Origin: a virus
Virus record (IMG/VR): IMGVR_UViG_3300009127_000250
Location: 27,195-91,194 of that record
Reading direction: 5' to 3' (one strand)
DNA length: 64,000 nt
Made by a program: the position numbers and the translations under genes. Positions within the stretch are counted from its first letter, which is position 1, and every line of letters begins with the position of its first letter. The notes beneath the pieces were generated by a model. The model saw nothing but the letters and a program-made list of their open reading frames with translations, did no database searches and was not told the origin of the DNA. This document shows positions 17,347 to 27,751 of this stretch, piece after piece.

Positions 17347-18417
17347 ATGAACGATGTAATGGACAATGAAGATATTGGCAAAAGTATTCAAACTGGATTA
17401 ACCCCGAAACAGATGATTCAGCTTTTAACGATAGGTGTCAAGCATTGCATGTCGATTTTGATTAAAGGCGCTCCGGGCATTGGTAAGACTGAATTGGTCT
17501 ATGAGGCTGCTAGAAGGAACAATGCCCATGTCATTTTGAGCCATCCGGTAGTTGACGATCCGGTTGATTATAAAGGCATGCCGTATGTTCTTACGGACGA
17601 AAACGGCAAAGAATATGCCACTTTTTTGCCTTTTGGCAATCTAAAGGCTGCTATCGATGTCACAGAACCAACGATTTATTTTCTGGATGATTTAGGACAG
17701 GCAGCTCCGGCGGTTCAGGCAGCAGCCATGCAGTTGCTTTTGGCCAGAAAGATTAATGGCCATGATATTTCGAAGCACGTTACATTTATGGCTGCCACTA
17801 ATCGCAAGAAAGACAAAGCCGGAGTCGCAGGTATATTGGAACCGGTCAAGTCAAGGTTTGCAACGATCGTTGAACTTATAGTTCACGCTCCCGATTGGAT
17901 TGAATGGGCTTTACAAGCTGGAATACCCACAGAGCTTATCCATTTTATTCGGTGGAAAAATGATATGCTTTTTCAGTTTGAGCCTACCGCAGACCTGACC
18001 AATTCACCGTGTCCACGGACAGTTGAAAATGTCGGCACGCTTTACAAAACAGGAATTCCTAAAGAGATTGAATTTGTAACTTATGCCGGAGCCGCCGGAG
18101 AGGGTTTTGCAACGGAATTTATTGCATTCCTCGATGTATTCAGGGATCTGCCCGATCCCGATTGGTGTTTGATGAACCCGCACCTTGTGGACATTCCGAG
18201 CTTTGACGACAAGCCTTCTGTTCTCTATGCACTAGGCGCTGCTGTTTCCAAAAAAGCTTCACATAACAATATGGAAAGATTTGTCACATTAGCCAATCGG
18301 TTCCCCGATGATTTTTCAGTAATGATGATGCGGGATGCTCTGGTCAATGATGAAACATTAAAAGAAACCCGCGCTTATATCGAGTGGGTTGTTGATCACG
18401 AAGATGTATTAACCTAA
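17347..18417 (+). CDS. MoxR-like AAA+ ATPase
   Basis: GAPGIGKT Walker A; YFLDD Walker B; AATN; SRF arginine finger. Confidence 0.9.
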   Translation: MNDVMDNEDIGKSIQTGLTPKQMIQLLTIGVKHCMSILIKGAPGIGKTELVYEAARRNNAHVILSHPVVDDPVDYKGMPYVLTDENGKEYATFLPFGNLKAAIDVTEPTIYFLDDLGQAAPAVQAAAMQLLLARKINGHDISKHVTFMAATNRKKDKAGVAGILEPVKSRFATIVELIVHAPDWIEWALQAGIPTELIHFIRWKNDMLFQFEPTADLTNSPCPRTVENVGTLYKTGIPKEIEFVTYAGAAGEGFATEFIAFLDVFRDLPDPDWCLMNPHLVDIPSFDDKPSVLYALGAAVSKKASHNNMERFVTLANRFPDDFSVMMMRDALVNDETLKETRAYIEWVVDHEDVLT

Positions 18418-18435
18418 AAAATAAGGAGCAAGTAA

Positions 18436-19368
18436 ATGGACGATCGTATATCAGCAATTCAAGAAGTTGCCATTAAGGTCAAACTCAATGTTAGTTGCTG
18501 GCCTGCAAAAAAGGAAGATAAAGAAGCTACAAAAGCCACGCATTTACAACAAGGCGCCAAGCAAGATGCCGGTACTTACCGCAAAAACATGGTATCCAAA
18601 AAGCATCTCAAACCTATCAGGGACATTGAAACCGAAGCCAGGAAATTCCACAGGGAAGTCACGCTTCCATGGGGACAAGATGGCGAACGGGTACTTCCGG
18701 CCAGCATGGTTGATGAATATACCGCTGAAATGCGAAGGCTTCATCAAGATTTTGATCTTGCGGTTGCCGAGTTTAAACAGAAATATCCGGCTATTGTTAT
18801 CGATGAAAAGAGCACCCTGGGATCAATGTATAATCAAAGTGAATATCCTTCGCTCAGGGAACTTGAAGACAAATTTGATTTTAGGGTATCTATTACACCT
18901 ATTGAATCCGCTGATGATTTTAGGATTAAACTGTCTGAATCCATAATCGACCGGATTAAGGATGATGTCAGAAGGCAAGAAAACGAAAATCAGCTTAACA
19001 TAACGACAGATCTTTACAATCGGCTTCAAAATGTTATCGAAGATATGATTGGCAGGCTTACAGCTACCAAGAAAGATAAGAAAACCGGCGAAACGATCTA
19101 TAAGAGTTTTTCATACACGGCACTTACGAACATTACCGATCTTGCCGCTCTCTTGCCAAAACTCAATATCAATAATAATTACGGCCTTTCAGAGCTTCAT
19201 AAGGAAATTATGGATAAACTTGGCAAAATTTCCGTTGAGGATATTCGTGAGAGTGAAGCCGTGAGGGAAGTTACTGTCCAGAAAGGCCAGGAACTTCTGG
19301 ACGACATTGGCCAGAAAATGAGTTTTTACACCGGACCCGTTGAACAAAATCAAAAAGAGGCCGCATGA
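18436..19368 (+). CDS. DUF3150-like protein
   Basis: TLPW...G.RVLP and YNQSEYPS...L.DKF motifs; position between AAA and VWA genes. Confidence 0.65.
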   Translation: MDDRISAIQEVAIKVKLNVSCWPAKKEDKEATKATHLQQGAKQDAGTYRKNMVSKKHLKPIRDIETEARKFHREVTLPWGQDGERVLPASMVDEYTAEMRRLHQDFDLAVAEFKQKYPAIVIDEKSTLGSMYNQSEYPSLRELEDKFDFRVSITPIESADDFRIKLSESIIDRIKDDVRRQENENQLNITTDLYNRLQNVIEDMIGRLTATKKDKKTGETIYKSFSYTALTNITDLAALLPKLNINNNYGLSELHKEIMDKLGKISVEDIRESEAVREVTVQKGQELLDDIGQKMSFYTGPVEQNQKEAA

Positions 19369-19751
19369 AAAAAAGAGAAATAGCGGCTATTGTTTTAATG
19401 ATAGCCGCTGCAATTCTTGCACAGTTTGAATTCACCGCAGCTACAGTAATTGCTATTGGATCCTTGGTTGTTGTTGCAATAATTATCTTAACTGTAAAAA
19501 AGGAAGACCCGAAATTAAAAGGCAAATATTTAACAAACGAAATAACCGTAAAGATATCCTACACATTTATGGATCCGGCATCTCAAACAGCCCTCTGTGC
19601 GCTTGATACCGTTATTACTATACCGCCACAAAAAGTAGACACGCCACCAGATCAGGAAACATACAAAAAGATACTCAATATGGCCGGAGAAACTTGGTTA
19701 AAAGATAACGTACAGCCTCAATATCACATAATTGCAGTAAAGCAGAGCTAA
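19365..19751 (+). CDS. membrane protein
   Basis: two N-terminal hydrophobic helices. Confidence 0.65.
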   Translation: MKKREIAAIVLMIAAAILAQFEFTAATVIAIGSLVVVAIIILTVKKEDPKLKGKYLTNEITVKISYTFMDPASQTALCALDTVITIPPQKVDTPPDQETYKKILNMAGETWLKDNVQPQYHIIAVKQS

Positions 19752-19753
19752 CA

Positions 19754-21073
19754 ATGAAATATATAGACGAAATTCAGCAAAAAGCACTTAAAGCCCGTAC
19801 TGGCCTTGTATTGGATCAACCGTTTTTCGGAAGTCTTTGTTTAAAGATGAAAGTCCATGAAGACCCAACCTGTGAATCTGTTTACACAAATGGAGTTTCA
19901 TTCGGTTATAATCCGCAGGCTATTAAAGACCTTTCATTGCAAAATGTTAAAGCTTTAATGGCTAAGTCTGTCATTCACTTGATTCTCGGCCATCACGTTC
20001 GCAGGGGAAATCGAGATGAAAATAAATGGAAAAAGGCTTGCAATCTTATAGCCGAAGCCATCATCAAAAAAGCCAAATTTGTTCTACCAAATGAAGACAA
20101 TATAGATCTTAGCTATGTTAAAGATCACGTTGAAAATGTCTATGCCAAGCTACCCGATGATCCGGAAGGAGATAACGAAGACCAACAGCCGGATCCGGAC
20201 GGTGATGATTGTATGGACGGTTGTTCGGGCGGAAACGGAAGCGGCTCTGGTGATGGTGATGATAATGATGACCAGGGTGACCAAAATCAGGACGACCAAG
20301 ATCAAAACGACCAGGACGATCAAGGCCAAGAAGAATTTCCAAACGGCGAAGTCAGAGATCTCCCGTCACAAACCAACTCTGCTCAGGCTTCAAATTCGGA
20401 AAAAGCTAATTCTGAACAGGATTGGAAGATTGCAGCTATGCAAGCTGCCCAAACCGCAAAACAAATGGGCGATCTCCCGGGCGGCATAGAGCGTATTATT
20501 GAATCTCTACTTGAGCCGTCACAAGACTGGCGGGATGTGCTTCGGGAATTTGTCGAAAAAACGACTTATGGTGATTATACTTGGATGAGACCAAACCGCC
20601 GGTATTTTCCGCAAGGTTTAATACTCCCAAGTTTGGCTGCCGGGCTGGATTTACTCAAAGCTGAATGTGATGTTGATGCTTCCGGTAGTGTTTATGATAA
20701 GGAACTGGCACAATTTGGTGCTGAAATTTCAAATGTTCTTGAAGAATTTCCGCAAATTGAACTGACTGTTCGGTTTTTTGATACTGATGTTAAACACAAA
20801 GATACTAAAGTTTACACCCATGAGGATGTCCCCGTGGTTTTAGAAACTCAGGCGGGTGGTGGTACTGATTTTGTGCCAATTTTTGAAAATATCTACGAAA
20901 TTGAAAAACAAACCGGAGAAAGTCCCAAATTCTTGATTGTCTTTACTGATCTTGAATGCAGCCGATTTCCAAAACAGCATCCGGATTTTCCGGTTCTATG
21001 GGCAAAAGTCGGCGACAGTGATTGGGCAGAAACTCCGCCTTTTGGCGAAATCGTTCAAATTGAGGTAGGATAA
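19754..21073 (+). CDS. DUF2201-type metallopeptidase-like + VWA protein
   Basis: PFFGSL...TNG..F.YNP, acidic linker, DASGS MIDAS, GGGTDF, FTD. Confidence 0.88.
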   Translation: MKYIDEIQQKALKARTGLVLDQPFFGSLCLKMKVHEDPTCESVYTNGVSFGYNPQAIKDLSLQNVKALMAKSVIHLILGHHVRRGNRDENKWKKACNLIAEAIIKKAKFVLPNEDNIDLSYVKDHVENVYAKLPDDPEGDNEDQQPDPDGDDCMDGCSGGNGSGSGDGDDNDDQGDQNQDDQDQNDQDDQGQEEFPNGEVRDLPSQTNSAQASNSEKANSEQDWKIAAMQAAQTAKQMGDLPGGIERIIESLLEPSQDWRDVLREFVEKTTYGDYTWMRPNRRYFPQGLILPSLAAGLDLLKAECDVDASGSVYDKELAQFGAEISNVLEEFPQIELTVRFFDTDVKHKDTKVYTHEDVPVVLETQAGGGTDFVPIFENIYEIEKQTGESPKFLIVFTDLECSRFPKQHPDFPVLWAKVGDSDWAETPPFGEIVQIEVG

Positions 21074-21074
21074 A

Positions 21075-21296
21075 ATGTTTATTAAGAATTTAGAATATGG
21101 CTATACTCAGCTTCTTGACCATGCCGATGAAAGGGCTATGGTTGTAAAGCAACACGGCCCTTTTCATATCGGGGAGCAATTTATAGCATTGGTCGATGAT
21201 AGGGATAACGTAGCATCTTTTGTTCTGTCCGGCTATACAAACGAATCAATATGGGAGTGTATTTATACAGATTTTAAACTTGAATTGGTAAAATAA
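21075..21296 (+). CDS. hypothetical protein
   Basis: operon packing. Confidence 0.55.
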   Translation: MFIKNLEYGYTQLLDHADERAMVVKQHGPFHIGEQFIALVDDRDNVASFVLSGYTNESIWECIYTDFKLELVK

Positions 21297-21616
21297 TGCA
21301 CATCAGACGATTCTTAAAAGGCGCACATGAACATGCCGGAACAACGGACGGCACAGGTCAATGGACTCCTAAATCGGAATTCATCGTTTCTGGAACTTTT
21401 CACGGGCCTTGCAAAAATTACTTGAAACATTTCTACACGGTTAGATACGCCAGATTATTACATAAACACAAGCCCAAATTATACCAATGGCTACACATGA
21501 TTACCAAGCCCCAAATATATATGGGCATGCTTGGTGTTGACCCTAAATCGGACGATGGCCGTAAAATACTGGCCGAAAATGTAGCGTTTAGAATGACCAA
21601 AAAGGTAGGTGGATGA
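21296..21616 (+). CDS. hypothetical protein
   Basis: TAATG coupling. Confidence 0.6.
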   Translation: MHIRRFLKGAHEHAGTTDGTGQWTPKSEFIVSGTFHGPCKNYLKHFYTVRYARLLHKHKPKLYQWLHMITKPQIYMGMLGVDPKSDDGRKILAENVAFRMTKKVGG

Positions 21617-21852
21617 CGTTCAAAGAACAAGAAATGCTCGATCTTTTTATACGGATCATGGAGCAAAATCCGGTAGTTGAAAAGATAGTCACCATTAAGG
21701 AAAATCCAGATTGCGGACTATATGCCAGAATCAACGGCAATCCATGTGATATTCCCTGCTTTGCCGTAGCTAAAACAAAAGAAGACCATTGGTTCGGTCT
21801 TAGCAGAAAATCATGTCAACTTTTATATTTCAACAATAAGGATATTTTGTAA
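21613..21852 (+). CDS. hypothetical protein
   Basis: ATGA coupling. Confidence 0.55.
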   Translation: MTFKEQEMLDLFIRIMEQNPVVEKIVTIKENPDCGLYARINGNPCDIPCFAVAKTKEDHWFGLSRKSCQLLYFNNKDIL

Positions 21853-22173
21853 TTTTAGTTCAAACCAAATCCGACACTATTAGCTATCCATTACGTATCA
21901 ACACCAGCTACTTTTCCGCTTTTTGACCGTATCACAAATCGCATACGATTAAATTTGGCGGATTTTATAAATTGAAGATTCGGCATCCCCATCGATTCCA
22001 ATATTGAGGTCGCCGAAGTTTGCGGTTCAAGGCAGTAACCTTCAATCAGGCTAAATTGAAGATTTGAATTTTATCCATGCGCGCCGTGATAAGTTGGAGA
22101 AAGCACAGTTTTTAGAACTAAATGAAAGCTGTGATATCATCAGAAACCAGCAATCCAACCTAATTTGGCTTAA

Positions 22174-22189
22174 CCACCAGATATAGTGG
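22174..22189. promoter_or_regulatory. NrdR-box-like palindrome
   Basis: CCACCAGATATAGTGG vs consensus acaCwAtATaTwGtgt. Confidence 0.45.
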
Positions 22190-22340
22190 ATTAACCGCTA
22201 ACAACTCAATAGAATTAAGATTTGACGTTATACATTTGATGATATATATGATTTTTAATTATTCGAACTTCGTACTTAACCTGACCTGATGCATGAATTC
22301 TTTTGTTGGATCGAGATAGCTTTTTAAGGGGTAAAATATT

Positions 22341-25300
22341 ATGAAGGATTTACTTAAAACTCTTGGCTTCAAGCAAAAAAAGAATGGAACCCTATCTCAG
22401 AAAATCAATAAATATGAGTTAAGAATTCTTTATAACGAATCATCTCCTAAAAAGTCAAAGATTGACTATGGCGACAAAATAACGGTTTGGAGAAAAACAA
22501 CTAATAATCTCTCTAAATCAGAAAATTTAGTGATCTTGGAATGTATTATCCGTTTGTTGAAAAAAGGCTACCTTCCTGAATCGATTGAATTAGAAAAGAC
22601 ATGGAAATCAGGTCACGGCACGAGTGGCCGTTTAGATATCCTCGTAAGAGACAGAAAAAAGCAAGTGTTTTCTATGATTGAATGTAAAACATGGGATGAA
22701 GAGTTTGAAAAGGAAAGAAACAAAATTCTTGAGGATGGTGGCCAGCTCTTTAGCTATTTTATACAAGAGAAGTCCACTAATTTCCTCATACTTTATGCAT
22801 CTAAAATTGGTCCTCCAATTGAATTTCTTGCCGTAACTATAGATGCAAAACCATTAAAAGGCTCAAACTCAGAGGAACTACATAGATCCTGGAATAAATC
22901 TTTTGTTTCTGGCAGTATTTTTGAAAGTGCTGCCTCGCCATATAGCCTCAAACAGAAACACCTGAAAATAAGTGACTTAAAAGAGCTGGACCAAGATACC
23001 GGCAGGGGATTGTTTAACAGCTTCGCAGAAATTCTAAGAAGGCATGCTGTTTCTGATAAGTCTAATGCATTTAATAAAATATTTAACCTTTTCGCTTGTA
23101 AAATTTATGATGAGGATACCCATAATCTTGATGATGTTGTTGATTTTCAATGGAAGCCGAACGATACTTTACAGTCTCTGATTGACCGGCTGTCGGATTT
23201 ATATTCAAAAGGAATTAAAGATTATCTCGGTGTATCAATTGATGATCAATATTTTTCGCCTTATTCAGAGTTCGCATTTATCGATATTTACAACAAGGAA
23301 TCTTATGAAGAAAATTTTGCAATCGTAAAAGAGATTGTGGAACTATTACAAAAATACCAGATTAAATATACAAAAAAACACCAATTTTTAGGGGACTTTT
23401 TTGAGGACCTATTAAACACGGGAATTAAGCAAGAGGCCGGCCAGTTCTTCACGCCGACCCCCTTGTCCCGGTTTTTTATAAGGTCTATTCCGGTTGAACA
23501 TTTAATTGAAAATAATATTTCTGATAAAAAGCCTGATATCTTGCCAGCATTAATTGATCACGCTTGTGGCGCCGGCCACTTTCTTACAGAATCTATTGAT
23601 GAAATCGAATATTTCATACAAAATCTTGATTACAAGAGACTTGTTGGTCGTACACAAAAACATTTTTTGGCAATAAAAAATGATTTCTACTGGGCTAAAG
23701 ATTATATTTATGGCATCGAAAAAGACTATAGACTGGCAAAAACGACAAAAATTGCCTTATTTCTAAACGGCGATGGAGACGCAATTGTACTGAACTCTGA
23801 TGCACTTGATTCATTTCGCAAATCAAAAAAGTTCATGGGGCTTTTATCAACAAAGAAGAAAAAACAAACTAATGACGTTTTTGATATTTTAGTTTCTAAT
23901 CCACCTTTTTCAGTAAGCGGATTTAAAAAAGACCTCCGTAATGGCAAATCTGATTTTAATTTCTTCCCATTAGTTTCTCCAAAAAGCAGCGAAATTGAAT
24001 GCTTTTTTGTTGAAAGATCATTTCAATTACTTAAAGAAGGTGGCTTTCTTGGCATTATTCTGCCTTTAAGCATATTAAACAATGAAAACCGCGTATATAT
24101 ACAGGCTCGTCGCCTCCTCTTAATATTTTTCGAAATAAAGGGAATCGTTGAACTACGCGACAAAACTTTCAAGCCAACGAATACAACAACAGTTGGTATG
24201 TTTGCTAAAAAACGTAAAAAATCTGATGTTATAAATGCTACCGGTAAGCTTTTAAAATCAATTCAAGCTGGCCCAAAAAACGCATTATTAAATGAATTCT
24301 GCCAAGAATCATCATTTAAAGTTGATGATGTACTATCAATTTTAAAGCCTCTTGCATCTTTATTAAAATCTTTAAAAAAGGATAATGTTTATAAAAAAAT
24401 TATTGGCAACGGACTGCCAGCCGAATTTTATCTTTTTTTGATTTATATTTTAAACAAAGAGTCATCTATTGTAATTTCTTATTCTGGCGAAAAAAAGGAG
24501 CAGGAGGATTATTTGGGCTATAGGTTTTCTAAATCTCGTGGACAGGAGGGATTAGAAATTCTATACAACGACGACGGCTCTATCGCCACCAAAATGTTTT
24601 CATCAAATAGAAAACACGAAGAAACGAAAGTCGCATTCTATATACGAGAGGCATTTGTTGGAAATACACATGACATTAATGAAGAGGTTGAAAAACATCT
24701 TCAATATAAAAACATAGCGTCTCTTATCAAATTTAGTAATAGTCTAATCATTGATAATCCTTCTAAACATTTCACTTCAAACAGAATAAAAATTGAAAGT
24801 AATAGCCCGTTCGGAGACTTTATTGATAATTACAAACAGAAAAAGCTTTCCTTGAAAAAGCTTTTATCTTCGGACAAGCTTTTTTATGATAGTGGGTTAA
24901 TTTACAACAAAACTGAAGCTGAGGTTCCATATGAGACAAAAAATCGGGTCCTTACCGCCAGTAATTTAGACCTTAAATCAGCCTCCATTGTTTTAGAGGA
25001 TAAAATGATTTACCTGAAAGAGGGCTATCCGGTGCCCAGTGAACTAAAGCCCAAAAAAAATGACATTATAATTTCTAATGCGAGCGGAAGCCTAACACAT
25101 TTAGGCAAGGTGGCATGGGTAGATGTTGATTATCCCGAGTATGTGATAGGTGGATTTTTAGGTATTTATCGATTCAGAGATTTGAAAATTGCTAAAGCTG
25201 TGTTTTACAGGCTTATGTCATTAAGATTTCGAAAATACATATGGAGTCTAAGAGGGCAAAATATCAACAATTTAGATTTTGATAAGGTCGATTCGTTCGG

Positions 25301-25403
25301 AATACAAATTCCAAAAGACTTAAACACTTTCTATAAAGAGGTTGTTAAAAAGGAAAAAGAGCTAAAGGAAATTAGAAAAAAACTCCTTAGTCTACATCTT
25401 TGA
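22341..25403 (+). CDS. fused restriction endonuclease - N6-adenine methyltransferase - specificity protein (Type IIG-like)
   Basis: D...ECK nuclease; GQFFTP; DHACGAGHFL; NPPF; C-terminal HsdS-like TRD; AT-rich. Confidence 0.88.
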   Translation: MKDLLKTLGFKQKKNGTLSQKINKYELRILYNESSPKKSKIDYGDKITVWRKTTNNLSKSENLVILECIIRLLKKGYLPESIELEKTWKSGHGTSGRLDILVRDRKKQVFSMIECKTWDEEFEKERNKILEDGGQLFSYFIQEKSTNFLILYASKIGPPIEFLAVTIDAKPLKGSNSEELHRSWNKSFVSGSIFESAASPYSLKQKHLKISDLKELDQDTGRGLFNSFAEILRRHAVSDKSNAFNKIFNLFACKIYDEDTHNLDDVVDFQWKPNDTLQSLIDRLSDLYSKGIKDYLGVSIDDQYFSPYSEFAFIDIYNKESYEENFAIVKEIVELLQKYQIKYTKKHQFLGDFFEDLLNTGIKQEAGQFFTPTPLSRFFIRSIPVEHLIENNISDKKPDILPALIDHACGAGHFLTESIDEIEYFIQNLDYKRLVGRTQKHFLAIKNDFYWAKDYIYGIEKDYRLAKTTKIALFLNGDGDAIVLNSDALDSFRKSKKFMGLLSTKKKKQTNDVFDILVSNPPFSVSGFKKDLRNGKSDFNFFPLVSPKSSEIECFFVERSFQLLKEGGFLGIILPLSILNNENRVYIQARRLLLIFFEIKGIVELRDKTFKPTNTTTVGMFAKKRKKSDVINATGKLLKSIQAGPKNALLNEFCQESSFKVDDVLSILKPLASLLKSLKKDNVYKKIIGNGLPAEFYLFLIYILNKESSIVISYSGEKKEQEDYLGYRFSKSRGQEGLEILYNDDGSIATKMFSSNRKHEETKVAFYIREAFVGNTHDINEEVEKHLQYKNIASLIKFSNSLIIDNPSKHFTSNRIKIESNSPFGDFIDNYKQKKLSLKKLLSSDKLFYDSGLIYNKTEAEVPYETKNRVLTASNLDLKSASIVLEDKMIYLKEGYPVPSELKPKKNDIIISNASGSLTHLGKVAWVDVDYPEYVIGGFLGIYRFRDLKIAKAVFYRLMSLRFRKYIWSLRGQNINNLDFDKVDSFGIQIPKDLNTFYKEVVKKEKELKEIRKKLLSLHL

Positions 25404-25516
25404 ATACCTTAACTTATCCCGTGTTTGCGACAACCAGTGATTTGTTGAGACTATCTCAACTTTTATTATAGTTGGGATATTTATTGCAATTTAAAGAGAT
25501 CAAGTTTCACTTCTAT

Positions 25517-25795
25517 CTAATATTCAATATTATAATGTCTTCCTATATATTCCAATAATCCCCACTTTCCTGGTGACACTCGCACAAACCTCTGTTCTCT
25601 ATTTGATTTCTCTCTTCTTTTTCTTTCGTTAATAAAATTAGAATTCAATGTTGCATCAGGAGTTTTACCTTTCATAACAAGACCAAAATCGTTAATTGCA
25701 ATGTTAATTATTTCACTTGTCCTCATTGGGCGCTTTTTTCGTTTCAATATTTCATATGCTATTTCAGTTGAAGTTCGTTTTTGTTTTGTAGCCAT
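25517..25795 (-). CDS. HARE-HTH (HB1/ASXL/restriction endonuclease HTH) protein
   Basis: AYEIL...PM...EI...GKTPDATL...RFVRVSPGKWGL. Confidence 0.8.
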   Translation of the reverse strand: MATKQKRTSTEIAYEILKRKKRPMRTSEIINIAINDFGLVMKGKTPDATLNSNFINERKRREKSNREQRFVRVSPGKWGLLEYIGRHYNIEY

Positions 25796-25889
25796 AAAAT
25801 CCCCCTTAGAATTTTAATAATTCAGATTCACACATCAAATAATTTAGATTAAGCCAATATAACTTTCAACAATCCTTCCTCTTCAGTCT

Positions 25890-26039
25890 TCAGAATACTT
25901 TAGTCCATACCGACAGCTTCGGCAGCTTCTCCGACCGTTCGATGATCGAGCAGAGCTATTATAGCTTTCGTCTGATATCTGGTTGCTTCCTCGACAATTT
26001 TGCTTCGTGACCTATGTATTGTATGAATTTAGATATCAT
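25890..26039 (-). pseudogene. degraded small HTH gene
   Basis: GHEAKLSRKQ, then a frameshift to TKAIIALLDHRTVGEAAEAVGMD*, matching a common phage HTH pattern. Confidence 0.45.
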
Positions 26040-26286
26040 GGCAGAAAAGCAAATATCATTGAGCTTGTGATTAATTGAGATTATCTTCAGTTTTTATTGG
26101 CTTGTAAAACTGACGATCCCTTGCCTAAATGGTGAATTGCACGAATTTAAAGATTACGAACCAAAATCGTGAACGCGTTATTATAATTTGATTCCGGTCA
26201 CATTGGACCAGCAAACAATTTTTTATACCAGATTATTGTGATGTTTTCAATTCAAGGTGGGCAAGCTATTATTTAATGTCCATAAT

Positions 26287-27741
26287 TTATTTAACCGCAG
26301 GCTTGTCATTGGCTTTGGCAGCACTTTTAACGCCTTCGATATTGGTTTTATCAAGGTCTTCAATACTGCCTTTATTGCCTGTAATTTCCTTATCAACTTC
26401 AGCTTTGTCCTTTTCCGACATATCCGGTAAAGTCCTTTTGGCAATGTTTTGCTGAATAAGAATTCGGTATTTTTTACTGACAACAGCCTTCATTGAGGTA
26501 ATCATATTTTCAAGGGCAATACTCAGATCGTCAATCGAAAATTCTTTTGATCGTCTAATATCGATATCCTTGTCCTCGTATTCCGTTTGTTGCCACACAA
26601 AAAAGAACCGGACAATATTGCGCTCTGCTTCGGTCATGCTGTCCGATTTTTTGGTCAACACACTTCTTAGTTGACCATACTCATACCTTAAAGCCAATCC
26701 GGATCCCACATTTTTATTGTTGCTTTTTCGTTGTCCATGAACACCGGACAAATGCGCTATTCTGTAAATTTCATCAGCCTTCCGATCAGTCCACTTCAAG
26801 ATAGCCTCAATCGGTTCCAAAACCTCTGTCTTCATCCAATCCGCTTTACCGTAATCTCCATAACTCGGATCGAACTCAACAACTGCCTCCGGCCCTGATT
26901 CGTCTTTTGATTCTCTACCTTCTTCTTCCATTGGTTTTCGCATAATTGGAAAACCCGCAAATTTGATAATTTCATCCCCCATGCTAATATCACGAATGAT
27001 GCTCGCTGTAATTTTGCTGATATTAACAATATCCGATTTTCCAAGATACGGAGTATTTATTTTCTTGACATTCTGCATCCAAGTAAACGGTATTTCACCA
27101 AGTGGATTATCACCATTTTCAATCAACTTGGGCGTTCTCCGCATGCTTACATCTTCCCAAGTTTCCCATTTGTTCGGCCACCACAAATAATATAGATCCC
27201 CATTTCGAAGCTTAAGATAAGTAAGTATAGGTCTGCCGGAATCAGGATGCTTTCCGAATTTCCAGTCTATAATATTAGGCGGAGTAAAAATAGCAACGTA
27301 TGGATAAATCTTCTGCTGAATTTCCTGTTCACGGGTCTGGGTATTCGTTTGAGGCTTGTTCGTTAAAATCCCAACCGCACCGAACACGGAAGCAAGTTTT
27401 TGAGCTTCGTTCATAAAAACGTCAAAATCAGTACCGATAAGATCGCAATCCTCAAGAAACATTTCCCATTGTCGATCTTTTTTCAGTTTTTCAATCGTAC
27501 GGATAGCTGCTTTTTCAGTCAGGTAAAAATTAAAAAGATCAACGATCGCTTCCGTATAATTAAAGCAAATACCTTCCTCTATTCGCATTCTCCAATTTGC
27601 CATTGACTCCCTTAAATTCCGGTTGCCAATAGCCTTTCTAACAAAAGGCACTCCACCTTCATAAGCCAGATGATAAAAATTCCAATCATTGATATGCTTG
27701 TCATATTCTTTGTGCTTTTTGATCAGATCTTTTCTTTTCAT
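26287..27741 (-). CDS. phage portal protein (SPP1-like)
   Basis: 484 aa after TerL; NPLGEIPF and SGLALRYEY motifs. Confidence 0.85.
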   Translation of the reverse strand: MKRKDLIKKHKEYDKHINDWNFYHLAYEGGVPFVRKAIGNRNLRESMANWRMRIEEGICFNYTEAIVDLFNFYLTEKAAIRTIEKLKKDRQWEMFLEDCDLIGTDFDVFMNEAQKLASVFGAVGILTNKPQTNTQTREQEIQQKIYPYVAIFTPPNIIDWKFGKHPDSGRPILTYLKLRNGDLYYLWWPNKWETWEDVSMRRTPKLIENGDNPLGEIPFTWMQNVKKINTPYLGKSDIVNISKITASIIRDISMGDEIIKFAGFPIMRKPMEEEGRESKDESGPEAVVEFDPSYGDYGKADWMKTEVLEPIEAILKWTDRKADEIYRIAHLSGVHGQRKSNNKNVGSGLALRYEYGQLRSVLTKKSDSMTEAERNIVRFFFVWQQTEYEDKDIDIRRSKEFSIDDLSIALENMITSMKAVVSKKYRILIQQNIAKRTLPDMSEKDKAEVDKEITGNKGSIEDLDKTNIEGVKSAAKANDKPAVK

Positions 27742-27751
27742 TTTACCCTCT

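Noticed and set aside
20130-20340. Asp/Gln/Gly-rich repeat
   Set aside because: Ordinary low-complexity linker of DUF2201-VWA proteins
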